A DNA stretch of 64,000 bases from Escherichia coli (GTDB lineage: Bacteria; Pseudomonadota; Gammaproteobacteria; Enterobacterales; Enterobacteriaceae), in assembly GCF_048403405.1 (NCBI RefSeq), contig NZ_CP183129.1; one strand, given 5' to 3'. Shown in pieces: positions 39,276 through 52,137 of the stretch (the stretch's first letter is position 1; each line of letters opens with the position of its first letter). Made by a program: the position numbers and the translations under genes. A model generated the notes under the pieces. It searched no databases, was not told where the DNA came from, and worked only from the letters and a program-made list of their open reading frames with translations.

Positions 39276-39899
39276 ATGCTCGTCTATTGGCTGGATATAG
39301 TCGGCACAGCGGTATTTGCCATCTCCGGCGTTTTGTTAGCCGGAAAATTGCGTATGGACCCTTTTGGTGTTCTGGTACTGGGCGTGGTTACCGCAGTAGG
39401 CGGCGGGACAATTCGCGACATGGCGCTGGATCACGGCCCGGTATTTTGGGTGAAAGATCCCACCGATCTGGTCGTTGCAATGGTCACCAGCATGCTGACC
39501 ATCGTGCTGGTGCGCCAGCCAAGACGCTTACCAAAATGGATGTTGCCGGTGCTGGACGCCGTTGGTCTGGCGGTGTTTGTCGGCATTGGCGTGAATAAAG
39601 CCTTTAATGCGGAAGCCGGTCCGTTAATCGCGGTTTGTATGGGCGTCATTACTGGCGTTGGCGGCGGGATCATTCGTGATGTACTGGCCCGCGAAATCCC
39701 CATGATTTTACGTACAGAAATTTACGCAACTGCCTGTATTATCGGCGGTATTGTCCACGCTACGGCTTATTACACATTTTCCGTACCACTGGAAACAGCC
39801 AGTATGATGGGCATGGTCGTGACGCTATTGATTCGGCTGGCGGCTATTCGTTGGCATCTTAAGCTACCGACGTTTGCGCTGGATGAGAATGGGCGTTGA
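39276..39899 (+). CDS. yadS: UPF0126 inner membrane protein YadS
   Basis: 207-aa hydrophobic ORF with the duplicated GGGTIRD / GGGIIRD motifs. Confidence 0.9.
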   Translation: MLVYWLDIVGTAVFAISGVLLAGKLRMDPFGVLVLGVVTAVGGGTIRDMALDHGPVFWVKDPTDLVVAMVTSMLTIVLVRQPRRLPKWMLPVLDAVGLAVFVGIGVNKAFNAEAGPLIAVCMGVITGVGGGIIRDVLAREIPMILRTEIYATACIIGGIVHATAYYTFSVPLETASMMGMVVTLLIRLAAIRWHLKLPTFALDENGR

Positions 39900-39910
39900 A
39901 GAGAGAAGAT

Positions 39911-39933
39911 GTGCCGGATAGTTTATCCGGCAC
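39911..39933. repeat. Inverted repeat between convergent yadS and erpA
   Basis: gtgccggata-gtt-tatccggcac perfect 10-bp stem; no T-run on either strand, so not a canonical intrinsic terminator. Confidence 0.5.
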
Positions 39934-39945
39934 ATGAACAACAGA

Positions 39946-40290
39946 TTAGATGCTAAAGGAAGAACCGCAACCGCAGGTGCTTTTCGCGTTCGGGTTGGTC
40001 ACGATGAAACGAGAACCTTCCAGACCTTCGGTATAGTCAACGGAACCGCCGACCAGATATTGCAGGCTCATCGGATCAACCACCAGGCCAACGCCCTGTT
40101 TTTCGATGGTCATATCGCCTTCGTTCACCTGATCATCAAAGGTGAAACCATACTGGAAGCCGCTGCAACCGCCACCGGTGATATACACGCGTAATTTCAG
40201 ATTCGGGTTATCTTCGTCAGCGATCAGGCTTTTAACTTTGTTGGCTGCTGCGTCGGTAAACTCCAGCGGCAGTGCTACGTCATCACTCAT
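39946..40290 (-). CDS. erpA: Iron-sulfur cluster insertion protein ErpA (A-type carrier)
   Basis: 114-aa product [20 protein letters not shown]... ending in the CGCGSSF cysteine motif; the track ORF has an upstream extension. Confidence 0.94.
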
Positions 40291-40371
40291 ATTTTGCTCC
40301 AAACGACATCGGCAATTGGGCAAATTCTAACCCAATAATAATCGCCATTATCTAATACCCTGGTATTTCGT

Positions 40372-41811
<1,440 letters not shown>

Positions 41812-42017
41812 TCATACAAATAAGATGACGGCATTTTACTCGCACGTTCCATGAAAATCCTTTGCAAAGCGTAATGTTTCAAATGCACAAAACTTTTATA
41901 CTCTAAGAAATCAGGATTGCACCAGTACAAGCAGCCTGATGTTTGACGAGTATTTAACTTGTTATGAATAACATAGAATAGCAGCCATTCACTTTTTCTA
42001 CGAATCAGGAACCCTCC

Positions 42018-43298
42018 ATGAGTAAGTCTGAAAATCTTTACAGCGCAGCGCGCGAGCTGATCCCTGGCGGTGTGAACTCCCCTGTTCGCGCCTTTACTGG
42101 CGTGGGCGGCACTCCACTGTTTATCGAAAAAGCGGACGGCGCTTATCTGTACGATGTTGATGGCAAAGCCTATATCGATTATGTCGGTTCCTGGGGGCCG
42201 ATGGTGCTGGGCCATAACCATCCGGCGATCCGCAATGCCGTGATTGAAGCCGCCGAGCGTGGTTTAAGCTTTGGTGCACCAACCGAAATGGAAGTGAAAA
42301 TGGCGCAACTGGTGACCGAACTGGTCCCGACCATGGATATGGTGCGCATGGTGAACTCCGGCACTGAAGCGACCATGAGCGCCATCCGCCTGGCCCGTGG
42401 TTTTACCGGTCGCGACAAAATTATTAAATTTGAAGGTTGTTACCACGGTCACGCTGACTGCCTGCTGGTGAAAGCCGGTTCTGGCGCACTCACGTTAGGC
42501 CAGCCAAACTCGCCGGGCGTTCCGGCAGATTTCGCCAAACATACCTTAACCTGTACTTATAACGATCTGGCTTCTGTACGCGCAGCGTTCGAACAGTACC
42601 CGCAAGAGATTGCCTGTATTATCGTCGAGCCGGTGGCAGGCAATATGAACTGCGTTCCACCGCTGCCAGAGTTCCTGCCAGGTCTGCGCGCGCTGTGCGA
42701 CGAATTTGGCGCGTTGCTGATCATCGATGAAGTGATGACCGGTTTCCGCGTAGCGCTAGCTGGCGCACAAGATTATTACGGTGTGGAACCGGATCTCACC
42801 TGCCTCGGCAAAATCATCGGCGGTGGAATGCCGGTAGGCGCATTCGGTGGTCGTCGTGATGTAATGGATGCGCTGGCCCCGACCGGTCCGGTCTATCAGG
42901 CGGGTACGCTTTCCGGTAACCCGATTGCGATGGCTGCTGGTTTCGCCTGTCTGAATGAAGTCGCGCAGCCGGGCGTTCACGAAACGCTGGATGAGCTGAC
43001 AACACGTCTGGCAGAAGGTCTGCTGGAAGCGGCAGAAGAGGCCGGAATTCCGCTGGTGGTAAACCACGTTGGCGGCATGTTCGGTATTTTCTTTACCGAC
43101 GCCGGGTCCGTGACGTGCTATCAGGATGTAATGGCCTGTGACGTGGAACGCTTTAAGCGTTTCTTCCATATGATGCTGGATGAAGGTGTTTATCTGGCAC
43201 CGTCAGCGTTTGAAGCGGGCTTTATGTCCGTGGCGCACAGCATGGAAGATATCAATAACACCATCGATGCTGCACGTCGGGTGTTTGCGAAGTTGTGA
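42018..43298 (+). CDS. hemL: Glutamate-1-semialdehyde 2,1-aminomutase
   Basis: 426-aa [29 protein letters not shown]... (class III aminotransferase fold). Confidence 0.96.
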   Translation: MSKSENLYSAARELIPGGVNSPVRAFTGVGGTPLFIEKADGAYLYDVDGKAYIDYVGSWGPMVLGHNHPAIRNAVIEAAERGLSFGAPTEMEVKMAQLVTELVPTMDMVRMVNSGTEATMSAIRLARGFTGRDKIIKFEGCYHGHADCLLVKAGSGALTLGQPNSPGVPADFAKHTLTCTYNDLASVRAAFEQYPQEIACIIVEPVAGNMNCVPPLPEFLPGLRALCDEFGALLIIDEVMTGFRVALAGAQDYYGVEPDLTCLGKIIGGGMPVGAFGGRRDVMDALAPTGPVYQAGTLSGNPIAMAAGFACLNEVAQPGVHETLDELTTRLAEGLLEAAEEAGIPLVVNHVGGMFGIFFTDAGSVTCYQDVMACDVERFKRFFHMMLDEGVYLAPSAFEAGFMSVAHSMEDINNTIDAARRVFAKL

Positions 43299-43304
43299 TG
43301 ATTT

Positions 43305-43327
43305 TGCCTCGCCCACCGGGCGAGGCA
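43305..43327 (+). terminator. Terminator hairpin after hemL (convergent with fhuB)
   Basis: tgcctcgccc-acc-gggcgaggca perfect stem followed by a T-rich stretch, immediately before the fhuB stop on the opposite strand. Confidence 0.7.
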
Positions 43328-43332
43328 TTCTA

Positions 43333-45315
43333 TTAACGGCTCTGCTTTCTCAACAAATAGATAAAATATGGCGCGCCGATAAAGGTCGACAGCAGCCCCG
43401 CCGGGATCTGGAATGGAAACAATACCATCCGCCCACACCAGTCAGCGAACACCAGCAGTAATCCTCCCACCAGCGCCGAAATTACGATGTGTGGCATCGT
43501 CCGTCGAAAGCCCATCATCCGCGCAATATGCGGTGCCATTAAACCAACAAAACTCAACGGTCCAATAGTCATCGTCGCGGTCGCCGTCAGGCAAGCCGCT
43601 AATAGCAGCAGCGCAATTCGCGTCGGCGTCAGCGCCATTCCTACGGCTCGTGCGGTATCACCGCCCAGCGGTAAAATGGTCAGCCAGCGGCGGCACAGCG
43701 GGGTAATCGCCAGCAAAATTACCATCACAATTCCCGTGCGCCAGACCTGCGCATCGGTCGCGTTGTAGGTCGAACCGGAAATCCAGGTCAGAACTTGCGC
43801 CATTCGCGGGTCACCACTTGCCTGCAACATCATCAAAAGCATGGTGAACGCGGTACTTAACGCCATCCCCGCCAGCAACATGCGGTGTGGGGAAAATCCA
43901 CCGCGTCCGGCGGCGATTATAATGATCAACAGCGTCACCGCCGCCCCGAGACTTCCCGCTGGTAACAGCCAGCCAAAGGCATTACCCGGCACCAGAAACA
44001 GCATTAACACCACGCCAAACGCCGCGCCGGAGCTAATCCCCAGCACTTCCGGGCTTGCCATCGGGTTGCCGGTCAGCCGCTGAATAATACAGCCCGCCAC
44101 CGCCAGCATGACGCCCGCAAACAGCGCCGCCATAATTCGCGGCCAGCGCCAGGGCATCAAATCCTCGAGTAATGCCCCGCTCGCCCACGTCCAGCCGTGC
44201 GCATCACGACCAAACGACAGCGCCACCACCACAGCCATCAACAGCAGCACGCCGCCCGCGAGGGCAAACGCCAGCACATGTTGGCGTTCAGCAGCGACAC
44301 GATCGTTCACCTTCATATCCGGCGCGCTAATGCTGCGTAAACGCGGCAGCAGCCAAAGTAGCAACGGCGCACCGATCAACGCAGTGACCGAACCGGTAGA
44401 AACTTCCATCCACACGCGAGTCAGCCAGAGGATGATTTGATCAGAAAGCCACAGAATTAACGCACCAATCAGCGACGCCAGCATTAACCGTGGCAGCAGA
44501 CGCCGCGCCCCCAGCATTTTTGCCAGCAGCGGCGCGAACAACCCGATAAAGCCGATAATCCCCACTGCATTCACCAGCAGCGCACTGATGACTATCGCCA
44601 GCGACAGCGCCGCCAGACGCGCGAGCGACAAGGCCAGCCCGAGATTGCGCGCCACGCCATCATCAAGCCCCATCAGGGTTAACGGACGAAGTAGCAGTAA
44701 CGTCAGCATCACGCCGCCCAGCAACTGCGGCCATAAACGCTCAACGCCGCCCCAGTCGGTTTGCGTCAGCGTTCCGGTGCTCCACAGGAACATGCTTTGT
44801 AGCTGGTCGTGATGGAAGATAACCAGTAACTGATTGATTGCCCCACAATAAAGGCTCACTACCAGCCCCGCGAGAATCAGCGTTACCGGCGACAGCCGTT
44901 TCCCCCACGCGACGCCAAAGACAATTAAGCCAACAACGCAAGCCCCTGCCAGCGCAGCAAACTGGCTCGCCATAGCACCTGGGATCGCCCAGAGCGTAGT
45001 GACGGTAATCCCCAGTTGCGCGCCTGTTGCAACGCCCAACGTCGTCGGTTCCGCCAGCGGGTTACGCAGCACTTGCTGAAACAGCACGCCCACCAGCCCC
45101 AGGCCCGCGCCCACCAGCAGCGAAATCGCCAGACGCGGCAACAAGCTGTAGTGAAAAATCATCTGCTCGATGACGTCAATATCCGGCGACCAGGCGGCCT
45201 GCGCCCACTGGCTGCGCGGCAGCGCTTGCGAAAAGTTCATCCAGGTGAGCGCCGCTGCGACAATCACCAGCAGCGCCAGCAATAACGCCGGGAAAAGCGC
45301 AATTCGTTTACTCAC
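43333..45315 (-). CDS. fhuB: Ferric hydroxamate ABC transporter permease FhuB
   Basis: 660-aa duplicated-permease ORF; overlaps the fhuD stop. Confidence 0.95.
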   Translation of the reverse strand: MSKRIALFPALLLALLVIVAAALTWMNFSQALPRSQWAQAAWSPDIDVIEQMIFHYSLLPRLAISLLVGAGLGLVGVLFQQVLRNPLAEPTTLGVATGAQLGITVTTLWAIPGAMASQFAALAGACVVGLIVFGVAWGKRLSPVTLILAGLVVSLYCGAINQLLVIFHHDQLQSMFLWSTGTLTQTDWGGVERLWPQLLGGVMLTLLLLRPLTLMGLDDGVARNLGLALSLARLAALSLAIVISALLVNAVGIIGFIGLFAPLLAKMLGARRLLPRLMLASLIGALILWLSDQIILWLTRVWMEVSTGSVTALIGAPLLLWLLPRLRSISAPDMKVNDRVAAERQHVLAFALAGGVLLLMAVVVALSFGRDAHGWTWASGALLEDLMPWRWPRIMAALFAGVMLAVAGCIIQRLTGNPMASPEVLGISSGAAFGVVLMLFLVPGNAFGWLLPAGSLGAAVTLLIIIIAAGRGGFSPHRMLLAGMALSTAFTMLLMMLQASGDPRMAQVLTWISGSTYNATDAQVWRTGIVMVILLAITPLCRRWLTILPLGGDTARAVGMALTPTRIALLLLAACLTATATMTIGPLSFVGLMAPHIARMMGFRRTMPHIVISALVGGLLLVFADWCGRMVLFPFQIPAGLLSTFIGAPYFIYLLRKQSR

Positions 45316-46202
45316 GCTTTACCTCCGATGGCGTTATCCAGAATACGCACAAAGTGCATTGCCGAAAGCGTCGCGCCATAGAACCAGACCGCCGGAACGC
45401 GCTGAAAACGTCCTGCACGGACAAACGGCATGGCCTGCCACAGCGGGGTTGCCATTAGCGCATCCATGTCTTTGCTGTTGTCGTGATCAAAACAGAGCAC
45501 ATCAACGTCTTTATACGCTGCCAGACGATCGATACTGACGGCGGTACTGCCCCAGAAGTTGGTTTCCCCTTGCCAGGCATTTGGGATGCCGTACTCATCA
45601 AGAATTTCCTGGAACAAGCTGTTTGGACCGAAGACCAACATATGGCGCGGATCGATAAGCGTCGTCAGCAATAACGGGCGTGCACCACGCTTCACAAAGC
45701 GGGGTTTCATGCTGCGGATAAAGTCTTCATAGTGCGCTAAATGCGTTTCTGCTGCGCTTTGCAGGTTAAGTAAATCTGCCATTTCCGTCAGTGATTTACG
45801 CGCCATCGCCAGCGGCTGTTTGCCGTCACTGAAGTTAAATCCGCGACCCGGCGCAATACGTGCCAGCATTTCTGGTGAAGGGCCATATCCTGCCGACCAG
45901 ACCATAAACGATGGTTTCATTTCGGTCAGCAGTTCAAGGTTAGGTTCTGTGCGCAAACCGACGTCGATCACTGAGTCCGGCAATGGTGGTTCGCTGACCC
46001 ACAGGCGATAGTTGATGGTATCCGCCACGCCGTAAGGCACGATGCCGAGCGCCAGCAGTAATTCCACCGGCAACCACTCCAGCGCCACAATACGATTGGG
46101 ATCAATAGCCGCCGCGTGGGCGGTATTCATCTGCCATAACAACGGAGAAAGCGCCATCGCCGTTAACAGTCGACGGCGCGAAATAAGAGGTAAGCCGCTC
46201 AT
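45312..46202 (-). CDS. fhuD: Ferric hydroxamate periplasmic binding protein FhuD
   Basis: 296-aa product MSGLPLISRRRLLTAMALSPLLWQMNTAHA... (Tat-like signal peptide). Confidence 0.94.
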   Translation of the reverse strand: MSGLPLISRRRLLTAMALSPLLWQMNTAHAAAIDPNRIVALEWLPVELLLALGIVPYGVADTINYRLWVSEPPLPDSVIDVGLRTEPNLELLTEMKPSFMVWSAGYGPSPEMLARIAPGRGFNFSDGKQPLAMARKSLTEMADLLNLQSAAETHLAHYEDFIRSMKPRFVKRGARPLLLTTLIDPRHMLVFGPNSLFQEILDEYGIPNAWQGETNFWGSTAVSIDRLAAYKDVDVLCFDHDNSKDMDALMATPLWQAMPFVRAGRFQRVPAVWFYGATLSAMHFVRILDNAIGGKA

Positions 46203-46999
46203 CAATAAACAAAACTCACAGGTGCAGCACCCGCCGGATGCGGCAAAATACCCATCGGGATGCCATAAATCGTTTCGAGGGTTTCGCCGCGCATAATTTC
46301 CGCAGGCGTTCCCTGAGCAATCATTTCACCGCCGCGCAGGGCGACCAGATAATCACAGTAACGCGCCGCCATATTGATATCGTGCAGCACGGCAATGACC
46401 GTCAGGCCACGCTCCTGACTTAAACGATGCACCAGCGCCAGCACATCAACCTGGTGGGCGATATCCAGCGCCGAGGTCGGTTCGTCGAGCAACAGACAAC
46501 GGCTATCCTGCGCCACCAGCATGGCGATCCACGCCCGCTGACGTTCGCCGCCAGAGAGACTATCGACCAGCCGATGCGCCAGCGGTTTTAAGCCAACCAG
46601 CGAGATAGCTTCCTCGACCTTTTCGCGATCTGCCGCACCAAAGCGCCCTAGTGCGCCATGCCACGGGTAACGACCAATCGCCACCAGTTCACGCACTGTC
46701 ATCCCTTCTGCCGGAGGAAGCTGCTGCGGTAAATAAGCCACTTTGCGGGCAAACGCTTTGCTGCTCCAGCTTTCCAGCGGCTGGGCATCAAGAAGAATCT
46801 CCCCTTCCGACGGCGGCTGATGACGGCCAAGCATTTTGAGCAGAGTGGATTTACCAGAACCGTTGTGACCAATCAGACCGGTCACTTTCCCGGCAGGAAA
46901 GGTTAACGACAGCGGATGCAAAAGCGTGCGCCCGGGCACGCGAAAGGAGATATTACGCAGTGCAAAAGTGGTATCGGAATGATTCGTGTATTCCTGCAT
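46202..46999 (-). CDS. fhuC: Ferric hydroxamate ABC transporter ATPase FhuC
   Basis: 265-aa product MQEYTNHSDTTFALRNISFRV... with Walker A GHNGSGKST and ABC signature LSGGERQR. Confidence 0.95.
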   Translation of the reverse strand: MQEYTNHSDTTFALRNISFRVPGRTLLHPLSLTFPAGKVTGLIGHNGSGKSTLLKMLGRHQPPSEGEILLDAQPLESWSSKAFARKVAYLPQQLPPAEGMTVRELVAIGRYPWHGALGRFGAADREKVEEAISLVGLKPLAHRLVDSLSGGERQRAWIAMLVAQDSRCLLLDEPTSALDIAHQVDVLALVHRLSQERGLTVIAVLHDINMAARYCDYLVALRGGEMIAQGTPAEIMRGETLETIYGIPMGILPHPAGAAPVSFVY

Positions 47000-47049
47000 A
47001 ACAGCCAACTTGTGAAACGGGCACGGAAATCCGTGCCCCAAAAGAGAAA

Positions 47050-49293
47050 TTAGAAGCGGAAGGTTGCGGTTGCAACGACCTGACGTTCTGCGCCCCAGAA
47101 GCAGCCATAGGTGTTAAAGCAGCTGGCGACGTATTCACGATCGAACAGGTTGTTGACATGCAGCGCCACGTTGGAGCCAGCCATGCCGACTCGCGCCAGA
47201 TCATAACGCACTAACGCATCCACGACCGTATAACTTCCCACTTTAAAGGAGTTAGCCGGATCACCATAGCTGGAGCCAGTATAACGACCACCGGTGCCCA
47301 GCGTCAGACCTGAAAGCGGACCGTCAAAGAAGGTATAGTCAGCCCACAGCGAAGCCATGTGTTTTGGCACCTGTGCAGGCGTATTGCCTTTATAGGTAGT
47401 GTCGGTGGTGTATTCCGCATCGGTGTAAGTATAAGAACCGACTACGTTAACACTCGCCGACAGCGCCGCTTTCGCTTCGATTTCTACGCCACGAGCGCGG
47501 ATCTCGCCACCTTCAACCGAGAAGAAGGAACCCTCAGGGTCCGCCATCAGGTTGTTGGTTTTAGTGAGATTATACACGGCACCAGTAACCACAATTGGAC
47601 GATCTTCCGGTACATATTTCACGCCGACTTCATACTGCTTACCTTTAGACGGTGCGAAAATATTACCATCCTTCCCAACTTGCGAAGAAGGTTCAAACGA
47701 TTCGCTATAGCTGAAGTAAGGTGTTACACCATTATCAAACAGGTAGTTAACACCACCACGCCAGGTAAACTGTTTGTCATCACGTTTATCGGTCGTTCCC
47801 GCTACGCGGTTAAGAGATTCTTGATCTGCCCAGTCGTAACGACCGCCCAGGGTGACCAGCACTTTATCCCACTGCGCCTGATCCTGAACATAAACGCCCG
47901 TTTGCTTCTGCTTATTCAGAATGCGGTACGGACCGGAGTTATCCGGGTCTTTCGCATTGAAGTCGAAATCGGTATTCACCGGATTGTACAGATCGAGCAG
48001 CGGTACGGAGTCGTCGTAACCAAACCAGGCGTTGATGTCATTACGCATACGCATAAAGTCGACACCGGTCAGCAGGGTGTGGTCGATATCGCCAGTGGCA
48101 AACTTGCTCTGCAACTGGGTATCAACGGAGAAGTTTTGCAGCTTCTCATCATCAACGACGTATTTACGTGCCAGGTAGTGACCTTTATCGGCTGGCGCTA
48201 AAGCGGCACACTGTTTGCTGTAAGCATTCGCCGGATCGGAGCAGACGCCGTAACCATAAACGCTGTTTTGCGAGGTTTTGTTTTCAGCAAAGCGCAGGTT
48301 CTGACGCACAGTAAAGGTGTCGTTAAATTCGTGATCGAAGCTATAGCCCACCATCTTCTCATTACGAGAATAGGTGTTGTTCTTCGCCCCTTCGTTAAAA
48401 TCTGTCGGCAGACGCTTACCGTTCGGCAGCGGCTCAACGGTACCCTCTTTCGGCAACCAGCCGTAATAACCGGTTTCCGGCTCGTTCTGGAAGTAAGAAA
48501 GGAAGGTGAAATTGGTTTTATCATCCGGACGCCAGGTGAACGCCGGTGCAATAGCATAACGCTGCTCTTCTGAGCCTTTCTGCTGGGCATTGGCAGAACG
48601 CGCAAGACCGGTCAGGCGATAAGAGTAAACACCGTCATCATCCAACGCATCGCTAAAGTCAAAACCAGTCTGGAACAGGCTGTCAGTACCGGCTTTAAAC
48701 TGAACTTCTTTCAGCGGTTCAGTAGTCGGACGCTTGCTGACCATATTCAACAGACCGCCAGGACTGCTTTTACCGTAAAGCACGGAAACCGGGCCACGCA
48801 TAATTTCAGCGCGTTCCAGCATATACGGGTCAATGACCGCATCGTTATAGAAGTTGCCCTGCAACTTCAGGCCATTCAGATAGTTATTCTGGCTTTGGCC
48901 TTCTGCCGCAAAGCCGCGAATGATCAGGTGGTCATAGGTGTTGGATGCGCCACGCGTACCAACAGAGACACCCGGCGTGTAGCTAAGCGCCTCTTTTACT
49001 GACTTCGGCTGATGCAGCGCCATCTCTTCGGCGGTCACAACAGAAATAGACTGTGGCACTTTTTGAATCGGCGTATCAGTTTTGGTGCCGGTAGCGGACT
49101 GTCGCGCCGCAATAGTTGCAGCTGGCCCCCATGCGCTTTCTTGCGGCGCAGGTGCAGCGGTAACGGTGATAGTGTCTTCTTTCGGTTCAACCGCTGCCTG
49201 TGCATAAACAGACATGCCGCTAACCGCTGTGGCTACTACAACTGCGATTTTACGCAGTGAGTGTTTTGGCTGAGCAGTTTTGGAACGCGCCAT
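47050..49293 (-). CDS. fhuA: Ferrichrome outer-membrane transporter FhuA (TonB-dependent; phage T1/T5/phi80 receptor)
   Basis: 747-aa ORF with a signal peptide, TonB box DTITVTA, and a C-terminal barrel ending ...ATATFRF. Confidence 0.96.
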   Translation of the reverse strand: MARSKTAQPKHSLRKIAVVVATAVSGMSVYAQAAVEPKEDTITVTAAPAPQESAWGPAATIAARQSATGTKTDTPIQKVPQSISVVTAEEMALHQPKSVKEALSYTPGVSVGTRGASNTYDHLIIRGFAAEGQSQNNYLNGLKLQGNFYNDAVIDPYMLERAEIMRGPVSVLYGKSSPGGLLNMVSKRPTTEPLKEVQFKAGTDSLFQTGFDFSDALDDDGVYSYRLTGLARSANAQQKGSEEQRYAIAPAFTWRPDDKTNFTFLSYFQNEPETGYYGWLPKEGTVEPLPNGKRLPTDFNEGAKNNTYSRNEKMVGYSFDHEFNDTFTVRQNLRFAENKTSQNSVYGYGVCSDPANAYSKQCAALAPADKGHYLARKYVVDDEKLQNFSVDTQLQSKFATGDIDHTLLTGVDFMRMRNDINAWFGYDDSVPLLDLYNPVNTDFDFNAKDPDNSGPYRILNKQKQTGVYVQDQAQWDKVLVTLGGRYDWADQESLNRVAGTTDKRDDKQFTWRGGVNYLFDNGVTPYFSYSESFEPSSQVGKDGNIFAPSKGKQYEVGVKYVPEDRPIVVTGAVYNLTKTNNLMADPEGSFFSVEGGEIRARGVEIEAKAALSASVNVVGSYTYTDAEYTTDTTYKGNTPAQVPKHMASLWADYTFFDGPLSGLTLGTGGRYTGSSYGDPANSFKVGSYTVVDALVRYDLARVGMAGSNVALHVNNLFDREYVASCFNTYGCFWGAERQVVATATFRF

Positions 49294-49332
49294 TGGTATA
49301 TCTCTGATGTAAAGTGAATGATAACGTAAACG

Positions 49333-49365
49333 AGAATGATTATTATAAAGATAAGATAATATTCG
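49333..49365 (-). promoter_or_regulatory. Putative Fur box in the fhuA promoter
   Basis: AT-rich gagaatgattattataaagataagataatatt with GATAAT/ATTATC-like hexamers 40 to 70 nt upstream of the fhuA start. Confidence 0.55.
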
Positions 49366-49460
49366 AAACGCTGGCGGGTTCGCAAGCGGTACGCAATCTG
49401 AGCGTTCCTGAAGGGTTAATAAACAACCAGATGAAAAGAAAGGGTTAATACTTTGGGTGG

Positions 49461-49487
49461 GATGTTATTTTACCGGATGGCTACTCG
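49461..49487. repeat. Inverted repeat (REP-like hairpin) downstream of mrcB
   Basis: taccggatggc-tactc-gccatccggta perfect 11-bp stem; no trailing U-run on the mrcB transcript. Confidence 0.5.
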
Positions 49488-49512
49488 CCATCCGGTATGT
49501 CACGCTTAGACG

Positions 49513-52044
49513 TTAATTACTACCAAACATATCCTTGATCCAACCGGCTACACCGTCGCTGTCTTTCTGCTCTTGCTGAGCAGGTTGCTGTTGCGGCTGT
49601 TGCTGCGGCTGAGAAGACTGATCAAACGGATTGCCTGACGGCTGCTGCTGCATCTCACTCTGCTGGCACAGCGATTGCGGATCGCTGGTCCAGACCGGCA
49701 AGACACGCATACCACCGCTGCAAACAAAGTTGCCGTCGTAGTCCACGCCCATATCTGCAATATCTTCTGGCGGAACAAGATTTAGCGGCGTTGGCGTCTG
49801 GTTAGCCAGATAACGCTGATAAATCGACATTGCCCCGCTGGCTCCATACAGTTTGGTCGGCTGGTTGTTATCACGGCCGACCCAGGTGATGGTCACCGTG
49901 CTGCCGTCAATGCCCGCAAACCAGGTATCTACGTTATTGTTGGTAGTCCCTGTTTTCCCTGCCAGATGCAGGTTCGGGTATTTCGCCCCAAGCTGACGCC
50001 CCGTACCACGTTGTACCACCTGCTGCATGGTCCATAGTGTCAGATATGCCGCCTGCGCCGGAACCGCGCGTTCTGCCTGCGGGAAGCTCTGATACAGCAC
50101 CTTGCCATCTTCTGCGATGACTGAACGCAGCGCAGAAAGCGGTGCACGGTTACCACCGCTGGCGATGGTCTGGAATGCCTGCGCCACTTCGATTGGCGTT
50201 AAGTTCAACGCCCCCAGCAGCATTGCCGGAACCGGATGCAGCTGATCTTTCGGTACGCCCAGTTTAATCCAGGTCTCCGTAACCGCAGGCAGCCCCAGCG
50301 CCATCCCCAGATTCACCGTCGGCACGTTCATCGAACGGGTCAACGCATCCACCAGCATCACTCTGCCGCTTTCGCTATAACGACGGTCATCGTTCTGCGG
50401 TGACCAGACCTGGCCATTCGGCTGACGTAGCGCGATTGGCGCATCCGCAATCCACGTGTTCAGGCGATAGATTTTCGGCTGGCTTAAGGCCGTCAGATAA
50501 GTCGCTGGTTTTGCAAGAGAACCAATCGAACGACGCGCCTGCATCGCACGGTTGTAGCCCGCAAACTGCGGCTCAGAACCACCGACCATCGCACGAACTT
50601 CACCACTAAAGCGGTCGACGACCACAATCGCAGTTTCAAGATCGCTCAACTTACGCTGTTTCTTCAGTGCCGGAATGCCTTCCACGGCGGCTTTTTCTGC
50701 CGCGTCCTGGGCCACCGAGTCAAAGGTAGTGAAGATCTTCACGCCGGAGAGATCTTTTACCTTATCGCCCAGTTTTGCCTGCAGCTCCTGACGCACCAGT
50801 TGCATAAAGGCTGGCTGAGGAGAGATCACCCCACCGCGCGGCTGAACACCCAGCGGACGTGCACTCAACATGTCATAGAGTTCTTGATCAATAATCTGTT
50901 GCTGTTGCAGCAAACGTAGCACCAGGTTACGTCGCTCCAGCGCCAGTTTCGGGTTACGCCACGGGTTGTAGATGGACGCCCCTTTCACCATACCCACCAA
51001 CAGCGCCTGCTGATCGAGGCTCAATTCTTCTACCGGACGACCAAAGTAATACAAGCTCGCCAGCGGGAAGCCGCGGATTTCGTTGTCGCCGCTCTGACCG
51101 AGATACACCTCGTTCATATACAGCTCAAGAATACGGTCTTTGCTGTAACGCGCGTCCATGATCAGCGCCATGTAAGCTTCGTTCGCTTTACGCCAGTAAG
51201 AGCGCTCGCTGGAGAGGAACAGGTTTTTCACCAGCTGTTGCGTCAGCGTACTCGCACCCTGCACCGTGCGTCCGGCGGTCAGGTTTGCCAGCACCGCACG
51301 TCCGATGGAGTAGAGACTGATCCCATCATGCTCGTAGAAATGGCGGTCTTCTGTCGCCAGCAAAGTATCCACCAGCAAATCAGGGAAACCACTGCGCGGC
51401 ACAAACAAACGCTGCTCACCGTTTGGCGAGGAGATCATGGTGATCAGACGCGGATCAAGACGGAAGAAACCGAACTGACGGTTGTTCTCCATATTGACGA
51501 TCGTCGCCAGATGATCGCCATCAAAGGTCAGACGCGCACGCACCTGCCCTTCTTTACTGTCCGGGAAATCAAACGGACGGCGAATCATCTCAATGCTGTT
51601 GGCCTGCACGGTAAATTCGCCGGGACGGGTCATTTTCGACACCTGACGATACTGTGTTGCCTCCAGCAGCTTCACCATCTCGTTCTTGCTGATGGTCATG
51701 TCTGGCTCAAGGTTGACCATTCGGCCATAAACTGCCGCGGGCAATTGCCAGACCTTGCCATCAATACGGCTGCGAATTTTTTGATCGAGATAAACGCCGT
51801 AAATGGCGATCAGCACGGCAAAAACGATAGCCAGTTTTAGCAGCAGCCATAGCCAGCCGCGTTTGCCACGAGGCTTACGCCCTTTGCCTTTGCCCTTACC
51901 TTTGCGCGGCATCGGTTCTTCATCCTCATAGTCATCATAATCGTCGTAATCGTCATCTTCGTAACGACGACGGCTTACCTTTTGTTTGACCGGACGCGTC
52001 GGTTTCCCTTTGCGTCCAATTGGCTCGCGGTCATTCCCGGCCAT
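49513..52044 (-). CDS. mrcB: Penicillin-binding protein 1B (bifunctional transglycosylase/transpeptidase)
   Basis: About 843-aa product [22 protein letters not shown]... with a transmembrane anchor, glycosyltransferase domain and transpeptidase domain; a second in-frame Met follows the acidic tract. Confidence 0.95.
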   Translation of the reverse strand: MAGNDREPIGRKGKPTRPVKQKVSRRRYEDDDYDDYDDYEDEEPMPRKGKGKGKGRKPRGKRGWLWLLLKLAIVFAVLIAIYGVYLDQKIRSRIDGKVWQLPAAVYGRMVNLEPDMTISKNEMVKLLEATQYRQVSKMTRPGEFTVQANSIEMIRRPFDFPDSKEGQVRARLTFDGDHLATIVNMENNRQFGFFRLDPRLITMISSPNGEQRLFVPRSGFPDLLVDTLLATEDRHFYEHDGISLYSIGRAVLANLTAGRTVQGASTLTQQLVKNLFLSSERSYWRKANEAYMALIMDARYSKDRILELYMNEVYLGQSGDNEIRGFPLASLYYFGRPVEELSLDQQALLVGMVKGASIYNPWRNPKLALERRNLVLRLLQQQQIIDQELYDMLSARPLGVQPRGGVISPQPAFMQLVRQELQAKLGDKVKDLSGVKIFTTFDSVAQDAAEKAAVEGIPALKKQRKLSDLETAIVVVDRFSGEVRAMVGGSEPQFAGYNRAMQARRSIGSLAKPATYLTALSQPKIYRLNTWIADAPIALRQPNGQVWSPQNDDRRYSESGRVMLVDALTRSMNVPTVNLGMALGLPAVTETWIKLGVPKDQLHPVPAMLLGALNLTPIEVAQAFQTIASGGNRAPLSALRSVIAEDGKVLYQSFPQAERAVPAQAAYLTLWTMQQVVQRGTGRQLGAKYPNLHLAGKTGTTNNNVDTWFAGIDGSTVTITWVGRDNNQPTKLYGASGAMSIYQRYLANQTPTPLNLVPPEDIADMGVDYDGNFVCSGGMRVLPVWTSDPQSLCQQSEMQQQPSGNPFDQSSQPQQQPQQQPAQQEQKDSDGVAGWIKDMFGSN

Positions 52045-52137
52045 GCTTTTTCTCCGCAATATTCAGGCGCAAAAGCCCGATTTTCTGTTCTTCTGTTGCA
52101 AGACAGAAGAAGATATCTCTCAAATTTGCTTTGGTCT

